From assembly GCA_903864935.1 (NCBI GenBank), contig CAIPHT010000006.1, positions 37,129 through 101,128 of the forward strand: 64,000 bases of DNA, written 5' to 3'. A program made the translations under genes and the position numbers. This stretch comes from Candidatus Vogelbacteria bacterium (GTDB taxonomy: Bacteria; Patescibacteriota; Minisyncoccia; Phycocordibacterales; XYD1-FULL-46-19). Of the stretch, positions 36,975 through 46,202 are shown piece after piece. The notes under the pieces are model-generated. The model was not told the origin of the DNA and searched no databases. It was given only the letters and a program-made list of their open reading frames with translations. The number at the start of each line of letters is the position of its first letter. Position 1 is the stretch's first letter.

Positions 36975-37922
36975 CTAGCGATTTTTAAGGAATTTAACAA
37001 CAACCCGAGCCGCCTGCTCTAAGTGACTTTCGGACAACTGATCGACAGTATCGCCAGCACTATGATAAATCTCGTAAAGTTTCTTGAGATCAGCGCAAGC
37101 CACGAGAATCTTCTTCCGAAATTTCTTAATATTTTTTATCGGGAAACATTCGCTAACAAATTCTTCGTCGGTACTAAGTTTAGTCTCGCCATTACCCACG
37201 CAATCAATAACTAAAATTCTCTCGGCTTCCTTGAAGAGGCGCGGATGGCGCTTTTCTAAAATTCTGAAACCTCGGCCCCAATATTGTGGTCGGTCATAAG
37301 AAATTTCTTCATTACCGCTAAAAATAAACAAGCAATTTTCTAATAACTCCTGATGGTTAATAATTACTCCCATCATAGTAGACACACCCGAGGCATTGTC
37401 GGTCGCCCCGGTCTCGAGACAATCATAATGAGCAAAAACTAAATACTGGGGATTATTCTTATTCCCAACCAAGATATTCTTAGACAAGAAGCCTGTTCGC
37501 TCGACGTCAATCGAGCCCTCAATCTCTTCGCCTGACATTAATTGAACCAAATCTTTTTTATTTATCGCCAAAGAAGGGAAGTGATAATGTTGGGCCAAGG
37601 AGAGGTCGTCGGACTTAGGATTAAAATTAATATTCGCTCCACCCTCATAATCAAGCAGAGAATTTATGACCTTCGATTTCCTAGTAATCTTACCGTCAAC
37701 AAAAGAGGTCGGACGACAATCAATTTCTTTATCATCTACCACAAGACAGGTCTTAATATTCTTAGGATATGAGGTGTGGAATTTCTCAACAATAAAAGGT
37801 ATCCCTTGTTCCTTCAGATAAGCTTCGAGAAACTTCGCCGTCTTTTGTTCGTTCTTACCCAGTCGCGGAGAAAACTTTATTAATTCCTTAACAAAGTGGA
37901 GATAGAAGTCTTTGTTTGACAT
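36975..37922 (-). CDS. M28 family metallopeptidase
   Basis: AHYD, GATDNASG, GNEE, IDCVG, YHSAGDT. Confidence 0.88.
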   Translation of the reverse strand: MSNKDFYLHFVKELIKFSPRLGKNEQKTAKFLEAYLKEQGIPFIVEKFHTSYPKNIKTCLVVDDKEIDCRPTSFVDGKITRKSKVINSLLDYEGGANINFNPKSDDLSLAQHYHFPSLAINKKDLVQLMSGEEIEGSIDVERTGFLSKNILVGNKNNPQYLVFAHYDCLETGATDNASGVSTMMGVIINHQELLENCLFIFSGNEEISYDRPQYWGRGFRILEKRHPRLFKEAERILVIDCVGNGETKLSTDEEFVSECFPIKNIKKFRKKILVACADLKKLYEIYHSAGDTVDQLSESHLEQAARVVVKFLKNR

Positions 37923-38043
37923 AATTACATTATAAGCTATCAGCTCATGGCGTAAACTTGACAGAAGAGGTGCTCTGTGCTATCATTAAGGCAGACATTG
38001 AAATAACAAGGTTCGAAAACAACAGGGAAAAGGAGGTCCAATC

Positions 38044-38529
38044 GTGGACATTCAGAAAGTTGCCGAACGTGTGGCCGGTTACTCGACCGCGACGGCCGTG
38101 TCGGTTGTCATTGACGACCTGCTGTGGCCGGTTGTGATGTTGTGGCAAGGGTCAGTATGGGGTGGGGTCATCATGTTTTTGATCGCTCTCCTGGCCAACC
38201 TCGTAATGATCTGGGCTTACGACAAGATCAAGAAGGACCTCTTCTGTTTCGAGGACCTCCGAGCCCTGGCCGAGAACGAGCAGGCCACCAGAGGGATGCG
38301 CCTCCTGGCTTGGTTTGTCCGAGCCGGCAAGGTGCCAGCCTTTCTGGCCATCTCGTTCTACGACCCCTTCATCTCCGTGCTTTACATGCGAAGGGGGGCG
38401 GGTAAGTACCAGATGGAGAATCGTGACTGGGGCTACTTCATGCTGGCGATGTTCATCGCCTGCACAGGGTGGACCGCTTGCTGGGGAGGAGCCATCCTCA
38501 CCGGCAAAACTATTTGGGGGCTGCTCTAA
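38044..38529 (+). CDS. Hypothetical membrane protein
   Basis: SD AAGGAGG, GTG start, TTGACA at 37958, several TMs, terminator at 38548-38580. Confidence 0.75.
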   Translation: MDIQKVAERVAGYSTATAVSVVIDDLLWPVVMLWQGSVWGGVIMFLIALLANLVMIWAYDKIKKDLFCFEDLRALAENEQATRGMRLLAWFVRAGKVPAFLAISFYDPFISVLYMRRGAGKYQMENRDWGYFMLAMFIACTGWTACWGGAILTGKTIWGLL

Positions 38530-38653
38530 GCCTCTCCGCGTACGTCAGGGCCGGCTCGAGCTTCTCGAGCCGGCCCTTTTACTACCTGCTCGAAGCCTTA
38601 AACCAATTGAATACTTTTAACCGTAAGCATATAATAAAAATAGAGAAAATATC

Positions 38654-39832
38654 ATGACCATTGAAGATCTATATACTCCGCTAGAGGAGGCAAAGAAAGA
38701 AATACGTAGACGTTGGGCCGACAAAGATTTAGAAAAAAAAGTGGCCAAATTTTTAAAAGGGAATATTCCCGATGTTTTTTTGCATGAACCACTCGCTATC
38801 TCCACGACTCACGTCGCCACGCCCAATTGGGCGCTCTTAGAATTCAGAAAGGAGGCGCAAGAGATTGGTCTTAAACCATTAATTTTTGAATACCTAGAAG
38901 ATGCCTTTATCACCACCAACTTCGACAAGGCCTCACTCGCGCGAATGGTCTTCTATCACGGGCGTGATGATCATGGCGATATGATGACGACCAGTCGCCA
39001 TGTTATCGACCTTACTGGCAAAGAGGAGAAGAAGAAGATCAAAGACATCGAGACACTCTGGGGAAGCAACTTAGTTGAGTTTCATCATGGCGTCTTCATG
39101 TCTTATTGCCCGGGCGTCGACGTGACCGACGGCTCCAGTTTCTACAAGGCGATGGGCAATTGCGCCAAAGAATATTATCCTTATATCCTCGCTCTCTATA
39201 TTAGAAACGGTGTTCTCTTCGAGAATTATATTGCCAACCGACACGAACAAAAATTCCTCGACGAAATTCTCTTTCCCGCTTTTGAAATCGTCCAAAAAGA
39301 ATTCGGCCTCAAACCTCTGATTGTAACCATCGCGCCCCAGAATGAAGCCGATAATAAATATTGGTGGTGTTATCCCGAATTTATTAAAACTCTAATTCCT
39401 AAGAACAAAGAGGAGGAGGAACGAGAGACTGTCCACAATGTCAACAAAGCCAGTGGCCTAAGTGTCGAGGAGCTCAAGGAATTAATGAGCAAGTGGCAAG
39501 TTAAACTCAAGATGGAGGATTGGAATCTCTCGCTCGAGATTGTGAAATTCTATCGCAAAAATGGTTACCATCAGAGCGGCGACTTTATTGCTGATCCGCT
39601 TAAAAAAGAAGCGATTATCCTCCTCACTCACAATCCTTGGCGCGGCGATGAAGAATATACCTTGGTGCATGAGATGCTCCACGTTCTTCTCTATGATTAT
39701 GATAAATATAGCGAAGATTTAATTTTGAAAAATTTCCAAAAATCCAGCCTCGAACACGACGCCTATATGGAGAAACTAGAGGAGACCACTCACAACCTCA
39801 CAAGGATAATTCTGGGGAGGAGTGATAGATAA
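38654..39832 (+). CDS. Uncharacterised ~250-aa domain fused to an HExxH zincin-like domain
   Basis: N-domain has HVATPN, FHHG, LFENY, FGLKPLIV; charged linker; C-domain has TLVHEMLH. Confidence 0.7.
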   Translation: MTIEDLYTPLEEAKKEIRRRWADKDLEKKVAKFLKGNIPDVFLHEPLAISTTHVATPNWALLEFRKEAQEIGLKPLIFEYLEDAFITTNFDKASLARMVFYHGRDDHGDMMTTSRHVIDLTGKEEKKKIKDIETLWGSNLVEFHHGVFMSYCPGVDVTDGSSFYKAMGNCAKEYYPYILALYIRNGVLFENYIANRHEQKFLDEILFPAFEIVQKEFGLKPLIVTIAPQNEADNKYWWCYPEFIKTLIPKNKEEEERETVHNVNKASGLSVEELKELMSKWQVKLKMEDWNLSLEIVKFYRKNGYHQSGDFIADPLKKEAIILLTHNPWRGDEEYTLVHEMLHVLLYDYDKYSEDLILKNFQKSSLEHDAYMEKLEETTHNLTRIILGRSDR

Positions 39833-39876
39833 GGGAATTTTCTTTTGTCTAAAAGTTTTTATGCTATAATATCGAC

Positions 39877-40212
39877 ATGGACAAAAAGTCTAAAATTCTA
39901 CTCTTCATTGTGGGCTTGGGAATTCTCGCTTCAATTGGTGTTTCTTTTTATAAATACGTTGTCTTGCGCGATTATCAAATTTTCGCCGAGATGCCTTGCG
40001 ACCCGGCAATCGATAATTGTTTTGTTCGCACCGCCGAAGATAATTCAACCTCCACTTACAAATTACTTAGCCGTCAGGCTTCGAATATCCCGCTTTGTGA
40101 CCCAACAAATATTAATTGCCAAGCTCTCACTTGCCAGCCAAATGAGAAAAATTGCGTTATCACTACTTGCTCAGAGAAAGATCTCCCTGAGGGTGAGGCT
40201 TGTTCGAGATAG
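39877..40212 (+). CDS. Membrane-anchored Cys-rich exported protein
   Basis: N-terminal TM and 8 Cys (CDPAIDNC, CDPTNINC...). Confidence 0.75.
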   Translation: MDKKSKILLFIVGLGILASIGVSFYKYVVLRDYQIFAEMPCDPAIDNCFVRTAEDNSTSTYKLLSRQASNIPLCDPTNINCQALTCQPNEKNCVITTCSEKDLPEGEACSR

Positions 40213-40330
40213 AGAAATTAAACTTTTGACTTTCTAAAAATCAAAAGGGGGTCGGACCGAAGTCCAACCCCCTTATTTGGGATAACTTTCCTGTTTGAGA
40301 GGAATCATGAGCTGTCCTCCGAGAGCGCGG

Positions 40331-41560
40331 CTAAATGCCTCGTTGGGCGCGGTAAGCCACAAAGGCCTCTTCTCCGTATGGGTCCGGTTTGGTAACATCA
40401 CCGCAAAAGATGTGTGATCGCGCCTGACAACCACGTAGGCCGTTCCGACGGAACTCGGTGAAGACCGGATGATTTCTCCATGTCTCGACAAAGTTTTCGT
40501 CGAAGAGGGGCAACTCGTCACCTTTGTAGTAACCAGAGAAAAGCAGTGACGGGCAGGGCAGCATCCGGCCGCCAGCGTCAATGACCACTCCCGACTGAGC
40601 CGCTCGGCATTCATTGCGGGGCGCTAATCCCAGAAGCTGAGAGATAATCGCCGAATTGGAGAGACCGACATCGTAGTTACCATCGACTCTCTTGTGAAAG
40701 AGGTCGACGATTGACTCGAAGAAGGCTTCCGGAGTTGGTGTCAACTCTTGATGGGCGGGTCGGAACGGCTTAAACAGGCTGAAGTTGCAAGGGATGCCGA
40801 TTCCGCGACCGTAGTCGAGGACGGCCTGATACCGGCCGATGTTAGTAGCCATCAGGGTGAAGATGAGCTCCACCCGGATTCCGGCCTCGACCATTTTCCG
40901 AATGGCCCAGTCTGCCTTGGCGAAAACTCCGGCACCGCGATTTGCGTCGTGGTCTCCGTTCAGCCCTTCCAGGCTGACAAACATCGCCAGATTTCTCATC
41001 GCTGCCAATTCCTGGATCATCTCTTCGTTCAGCAGTGTGCCGTTGGTGACAATGTTCACGGCAAACTCATGGTGAGCGCAAAGCCGGAGAATTGAACGAA
41101 TATCAGGGTGAACGAATGGCTCACCGCCGATAACGCTAACCTCGAACACTCCGGTTTTGGCCAGGATGTTGAGCGCCTTCTCGACTTCGGCGAAGGGCAT
41201 CTGATACCCGTAGCCGTCTTGCAGACAGTGTAGGCAGTGCAGATTGCACTTTCCGGTAATCCCGAGCTCCACACCCCAAGGGAAAGGAGTCTGGATCTGC
41301 GGCGTGACGTTGAAGACCTCCGGCGACAGCTCCACTTCTACGCTGAACAGGAAAGCTTTCGTGTCGGCCTTAACCTGTTCAAGTGGCAACTGATACTCCG
41401 TGGCCAATTCTTGAACAATCTGCTCAACGCCTTGTCCTTGGTTGAGCATCTTGTCCAGGATCATTCTTCCGGTTTGGTTCACTCCAATGACCCGCCGCGA
41501 ATCAATGAAGTAAGCCCAACTTTCCCCGTTCTTTCCGGGACTGAATCTTACTTTCGTCAT
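40331..41560 (-). CDS. PqqD/RRE-fused radical SAM SPASM/twitch-type peptide maturase
   Basis: N-terminal RRE-like VNQTGRMIL...IVQELATEY...VKADTKAFL; CNLHCLHC; GGEP; CRAA...IDAGGRMLPC...GCQAR. ATG at 41560 after SD AGGAG. Confidence 0.88.
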   Translation of the reverse strand: MTKVRFSPGKNGESWAYFIDSRRVIGVNQTGRMILDKMLNQGQGVEQIVQELATEYQLPLEQVKADTKAFLFSVEVELSPEVFNVTPQIQTPFPWGVELGITGKCNLHCLHCLQDGYGYQMPFAEVEKALNILAKTGVFEVSVIGGEPFVHPDIRSILRLCAHHEFAVNIVTNGTLLNEEMIQELAAMRNLAMFVSLEGLNGDHDANRGAGVFAKADWAIRKMVEAGIRVELIFTLMATNIGRYQAVLDYGRGIGIPCNFSLFKPFRPAHQELTPTPEAFFESIVDLFHKRVDGNYDVGLSNSAIISQLLGLAPRNECRAAQSGVVIDAGGRMLPCPSLLFSGYYKGDELPLFDENFVETWRNHPVFTEFRRNGLRGCQARSHIFCGDVTKPDPYGEEAFVAYRAQRGI

Positions 41561-41585
41561 GTTGGCTTCTCCTGTTGAAATGGGC

Positions 41586-41630
41586 GGTCCGAGAGGAGGG
41601 GATAACACGAGTTAATCCTCCTCCCGGACC
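41586..41630 (-). promoter_or_regulatory. Stem-loop between precursor and maturase
   Basis: ggtccgagaggagg...cctcctcccggacc with no U-tract. Confidence 0.65.
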
Positions 41631-41638
41631 ACGAATCA

Positions 41639-41815
41639 TCAGAGCTGGGACGCGGCGACCGCTACCTCCTGGGCAACGGGCGTTTGGTTCCTCGGCGTGT
41701 GCGTCGGTCCGGGGGACCCACCACAGCTTTGCAGGCAACAGCCCGCTTCCACCGGCTCGGGGTTCGCCCCCTTGCAGGTGACTTCCGGCTTCTGGTACTG
41801 CTTGTGCTTGTCCAT
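41639..41815 (-). CDS. Putative RiPP precursor peptide, 58 aa (not in ORF track)
   Basis: MDKHKQYQKPEVTCKGANPEPVEAGCCLQSCGGSPGPTHTPRNQTPVAQEVAVAASQL. SD GAAAGGAG, YxxP leader motif, CCxxxCGG core. Confidence 0.75.
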   Translation of the reverse strand: MDKHKQYQKPEVTCKGANPEPVEAGCCLQSCGGSPGPTHTPRNQTPVAQEVAVAASQL

Positions 41816-42054
41816 AGGTATCTCACTCCTTTCAAAGGACAGTTGTGACCCAAAACAATATTGGGTACATCTATTTTTACGCTACCATAATTTTTATATC
41901 TTGTAAACAGGCCCTAGACTATAATACTATTTAGTTTTATAGTATTTACATTACCATCATTTAGAGTAGAATCACTTTAGAGTGTTCTTCGTAAATGCTA
42001 TAATTCTAAGCACTTAACCCCCCATAAACCATGGGAGAAAGGAGATAGACGGCC

Positions 42055-43734
42055 ATGTTAAAAGTCAAGAACATCAGCAAAAGCTACGGTACTAAAGTCG
42101 TTTTCTCCGACGTCTCCTTTGGTTTGGAGAAGGGTCAAAGAGCGGCTTTGGTTGGTAGCAACGGAGTGGGGAAAACAACCCTACTCAAGATTGTCGCGGG
42201 GCTAGACGAAACAGAGACGGGCCAAGTAGAAATTAGCCGGGGCACCTGCCTGGGCTATATGCCTCAAGATACCAGCCTGACTGGACCTGAGACAATTTGG
42301 CAATATCTGCAACGAGTGACCGGCATCGCTTCGCTTGAAAAAGAGCTGGGCGAACTGGAAGCGGCTGACCTAAGCGACAAAACGATGAGCGATCGTTACG
42401 CCAGTGTCCGCGAGCGTTATGACCATCTTGATGGCTACACGCTCAAGCATCGAGCCGAAGTGATGATGTCTGGTTTCAGTATGGACGATGTTGGGCTGGA
42501 TCGGCCGTTATCCGATCTGTCCAGTGGCCAAAAGAGCAAAGTTGCTCTGATTGGCATCCTGCTGGCCGGTATTGATCTACTTCTGCTTGATGAGCCGACG
42601 AATAACTTGGATTTACCGGCCCTGATCTGGCTGGAAGATTACCTGTTGAAGTCTGAAGCGGCGTGCATCATTGTCTCGCACGATCGACGTTTTCTTGACA
42701 GAGTTGCCGACCGAGTCTTTGAGTTGAATCGACAGACCCACTCGCTCAATGTGAGCAACGGGTCATACAGCGAGTACCTTGCCCGTAAGCTGAAAGATCG
42801 GGTCCAGCAGAAAGAGCAGTATCGTCAACAACAGGAAGAGATCGGGCGCTTGACCGAACAGGCGAGAGAGAAGAAAGCCTCCGCCTTGCGTGGTTCGAGT
42901 TGGCAAGGAAGTGACAGTGACAAGTACCTTCGGGGATTTAAACGAGACCGAGCCTCAAAGTCAGGGAAGGTTGCCAAAGTTCTTGAGAAGAGGATTGATC
43001 AAATGGACAAGATCGATCGACCAATCGAACGTGAGCCACTCTCCATCTCACTTGAGGCTGAGAGCAATGGTCGTCCTCTGGATATCTCGCTCGACAATGT
43101 CGTCACTGGGTACCCTGGCCAATTTGAGTTAGGACCAATAAGCTTTGCTATTGGTTATGGCAATCGCATTGGGTTCCTCGGCCTTAACGGCAGTGGCAAG
43201 TCAACGCTCCTGAAAACAATCACTGGTCAACTTCCCGCCATCTCGGGCCAAGTGTCCCTTGGCTATGGTCTCAAGATTGGCAATATGATGCAGGAGCACG
43301 AGACTCTTCCTCGCGAAGAGACTCTGCTCAACTTCATCAAAGATCAAACTGGCCAACCTGACCAAGACGTCTTCTCTACCCTCGTGAAGTTTGGTTTCGG
43401 AGAGAAAGACATTCGGGGCAAGATCTCCGAGATCAGTCCCGGTGGTCGCGCTCGTCTTCTGCTGAGCTTGTTTTCCCTGCTGTCCGTTAACGCTCTGGTC
43501 CTCGATGAGCCCACCAATCATCTTGATGCCGAAGCAGTGGACGCGTTGGAAGAAGTCTTGGCCAGCTACAAGGGAACCGTGATTCTGGTCTCTCATGATC
43601 GTGATTTCCTTGAGAAAGCCAAGATCGACTCTGCCTACCTCATTACCGACGGACAATTGACCAAGGTGGACGACTTCCACGAATATGTCACCATGGCTGA
43701 ACAGAAAGCGAGAAAATTGCTTAGAACTATTTAA
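42055..43734 (+). CDS. ABC-F family ribosome-associated ATPase
   Basis: Two ABC domains (GSNGVGKT, GLNGSGKST, LDEPTN twice, VSHDR twice) and no TM. Confidence 0.93.
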   Translation: MLKVKNISKSYGTKVVFSDVSFGLEKGQRAALVGSNGVGKTTLLKIVAGLDETETGQVEISRGTCLGYMPQDTSLTGPETIWQYLQRVTGIASLEKELGELEAADLSDKTMSDRYASVRERYDHLDGYTLKHRAEVMMSGFSMDDVGLDRPLSDLSSGQKSKVALIGILLAGIDLLLLDEPTNNLDLPALIWLEDYLLKSEAACIIVSHDRRFLDRVADRVFELNRQTHSLNVSNGSYSEYLARKLKDRVQQKEQYRQQQEEIGRLTEQAREKKASALRGSSWQGSDSDKYLRGFKRDRASKSGKVAKVLEKRIDQMDKIDRPIEREPLSISLEAESNGRPLDISLDNVVTGYPGQFELGPISFAIGYGNRIGFLGLNGSGKSTLLKTITGQLPAISGQVSLGYGLKIGNMMQEHETLPREETLLNFIKDQTGQPDQDVFSTLVKFGFGEKDIRGKISEISPGGRARLLLSLFSLLSVNALVLDEPTNHLDAEAVDALEEVLASYKGTVILVSHDRDFLEKAKIDSAYLITDGQLTKVDDFHEYVTMAEQKARKLLRTI

Positions 43735-43819
43735 CATGGGGTCGACTAGATTTTTTCTAGTCGGCCCTTTTGCAATTCACTCTTTTACTCCAAACCTTTT
43801 ATTGGTATAATAATTATCA

Positions 43820-44377
43820 ATGGGTGCAAAGTTTAAAATTCAAGACACAGGTAAGTACGGTTTAGGAGTTTTTGCTGATGAAGATATTAAAAAAGGGGAG
43901 ACGATAAAAGTTTTTGATGGTGAAGTAATTGATTTTGCCGAGACCGAGGAGAGAATAAAAGAGGGGAGCGAGAACAGAACAGATACCTTTCAGGTCGGTT
44001 TAGAATTAGATATGGACCTCGATGAAGAATCTCGATCATTCAACCATAGTTGCAACCCTAATGCCGGATTCAGAGGAATAAGCGAACTTATCGCCATTAG
44101 GGATATCAAGAAGGGCGAAGAGATGACTTATGATTACTCGGCCACAGTTGGCCCAAACGTCCCCGCTTCTCTCTGGGAGATGTCTTGTGATTGCGGAGCA
44201 ACCAATTGCCGTAAGATTATTGGCAATGTCCTCACTATCCCCAAAGAACAACTTAATAAATACCGTCAAGCCGGAGCACTCCAAGACTACATACTAAAAG
44301 AACTCGATATTATAGAAAAAAATAACGGGATTTCCCCTAAATACAAACCAATCCCAGGTCACGAAGAATTATCATAA
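43820..44377 (+). CDS. SET domain protein-lysine methyltransferase-like protein
   Basis: GLGVFA, FNHSCNPN, EEMTYDY, post-SET CDCGATNCR. Confidence 0.9.
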   Translation: MGAKFKIQDTGKYGLGVFADEDIKKGETIKVFDGEVIDFAETEERIKEGSENRTDTFQVGLELDMDLDEESRSFNHSCNPNAGFRGISELIAIRDIKKGEEMTYDYSATVGPNVPASLWEMSCDCGATNCRKIIGNVLTIPKEQLNKYRQAGALQDYILKELDIIEKNNGISPKYKPIPGHEELS

Positions 44378-44392
44378 TCAACAAATATTATC

Positions 44393-46162
44393 GTGAGTGA
44401 AAATCTAGTTACAAATATTGGGCATTGTCTAACTTCAGCTTCCGAAATGGTTGGGGGCAACATGAGTCTTGTTTATTATTCTCATATCCCCACCGCTATC
44501 ATTACACTACTAATGGGCTTTTTTGTTCTCCGAGCCGGCAAAAACAGTTTGTCTTCGAAAATTTTGTTTGCTTTTTGCTTAACTTTCTCGATTTATATTT
44601 TTGCCAATCTTATGTCGTGGATTGGGACAAGTAGTGTCTGGATTACTTTCTTCTGGTCACTTCTCGGCTTAACGGATATCCTCTTTTATCTTCTTGGATT
44701 ATACTTTTTCTATGTCTTCGTTGACGGCAAAGACATCAGCTTCCGTCTCAAATTGGTCTTGGTGGCTATCTTCGTCCCATTTTTAATAATGTCCCCCACA
44801 CGCTTGAATATCCCCGGTTTTGACTATATTAATTGCACAGCCCTGGACACTAATTTCTTAAACTATTTATTTTATGCCAAGATATTCATTGCCATATGGT
44901 TGGCAATTTTAGCTATTTATAAATATTTAAAAGCCAAGAGCGAAGACCGTCAGCGCATTGTCATTCTTTCTCTCGGCCTTGGTCTCTTCTTGTTCTCTTT
45001 TTTTGCAACCAGTTATCTTTCTGATATTTATCAAAGATACGACATCGAACTCTACGGTCTCTACGCCATGACGGCCTTTATGGGTATCTTGGCTTACCTG
45101 ATTGTTAAATTTAAAGCTTTTAACATCAAGCTTATCGGCTCGCAAGCTCTCGTCTATGCCTTAATTATCCTGATTGGGTCACAATTCTTCTTTATCAAAA
45201 CAACCATCAATATGTTCCTGACCGGCATAACTTTTGTTATGGCCCTCATCTTCGGCGGACTCTTAATCCGTAGTGTGCAACGTGAAGTGACCCAGCGCGA
45301 AGAAATTGAGAAATTGGCCGAGAACTTGGCCAAATCTAACGACAGCCTCTATGTCGCTAATGAGAAATTGAAGGAACTCGATCGCCAGAAGACGGAGTTC
45401 GTCTCGATTGCTTCCCATCAACTCCGAAGCCCTCTCACCGCCATCAAGGGTTATTCGTCAATGCTCTTAGAAGGTTCTTTTGGTCCCGTTGAAGACAAGG
45501 CCAAGGGAGCGATTGATGTTATCTACCAATCTAGTCAACGTCTGATGACCGTGATCGAAGACTTCTTGAACATCACCCGTATCGAACTCGGCCGAATGAA
45601 GTATGAGTTATCCGTCTTTGACCTTGGTCAGATTGCTCAGACTGTTATTAAAAATCAGGAACCCAACGTATTAAAAAGAGGGCTTAAAATTGAATTCGTT
45701 GATGGCACTAATAATCATCAAATTTCGGCTGATAGCGGTAAAGTCACTCAGGTGGTCTCTAATATTGTTGACAATAGTATCAAATACACGCCAAGTGGCT
45801 GGATCAAGGTTAGTGTAGAAAACAGGCCGATGGGCAAAAGCAAATCTAAAGAAACAGTACGCTTAACCGTCTCAGACAGTGGGGTGGGTATCAACAAAGA
45901 AACCCTGCCCAAACTCTTCGATAAGTTTGTGCGCGCTGATGATGCGGGCAAAACAAATATCTCGGGTACAGGTCTTGGTCTCTATGTTGCCAAGCAAATT
46001 GTGGAGGGCTTAGGTGGCAAAATCTGGGCCGAATCCGAAGGCAAGGGTAAGGGTGCTCAGTTTATTGTTGAATTCCCGCGTTCGACCGGCGAAGTCACCC
46101 AATCCAAAAGCAAAATTGAGTCTTACACCAAAGCGGACCTTGATAAACTGAAGAAAAAATAG
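44393..46162 (+). CDS. Membrane sensor histidine kinase (multi-TM N-terminus)
   Basis: H-box SHQLRSPL, N-box NSIKYT, DSGVG, GTGLGL; about 8 TMs. Confidence 0.95.
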   Translation: MSENLVTNIGHCLTSASEMVGGNMSLVYYSHIPTAIITLLMGFFVLRAGKNSLSSKILFAFCLTFSIYIFANLMSWIGTSSVWITFFWSLLGLTDILFYLLGLYFFYVFVDGKDISFRLKLVLVAIFVPFLIMSPTRLNIPGFDYINCTALDTNFLNYLFYAKIFIAIWLAILAIYKYLKAKSEDRQRIVILSLGLGLFLFSFFATSYLSDIYQRYDIELYGLYAMTAFMGILAYLIVKFKAFNIKLIGSQALVYALIILIGSQFFFIKTTINMFLTGITFVMALIFGGLLIRSVQREVTQREEIEKLAENLAKSNDSLYVANEKLKELDRQKTEFVSIASHQLRSPLTAIKGYSSMLLEGSFGPVEDKAKGAIDVIYQSSQRLMTVIEDFLNITRIELGRMKYELSVFDLGQIAQTVIKNQEPNVLKRGLKIEFVDGTNNHQISADSGKVTQVVSNIVDNSIKYTPSGWIKVSVENRPMGKSKSKETVRLTVSDSGVGINKETLPKLFDKFVRADDAGKTNISGTGLGLYVAKQIVEGLGGKIWAESEGKGKGAQFIVEFPRSTGEVTQSKSKIESYTKADLDKLKKK

Positions 46163-46202
46163 TCAACTTCACCTCTGGCCCCTTTTCTGTTACCATTAGA
46201 CC

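Noticed and set aside
41662-41853. Track ORFs overlapping the precursor region (41662-41853, 41502-41738, 41575-41781, 41697-41906)
   Set aside because: They lack an SD and sensible composition. The SD-led 41639-41815 frame explains the region better.
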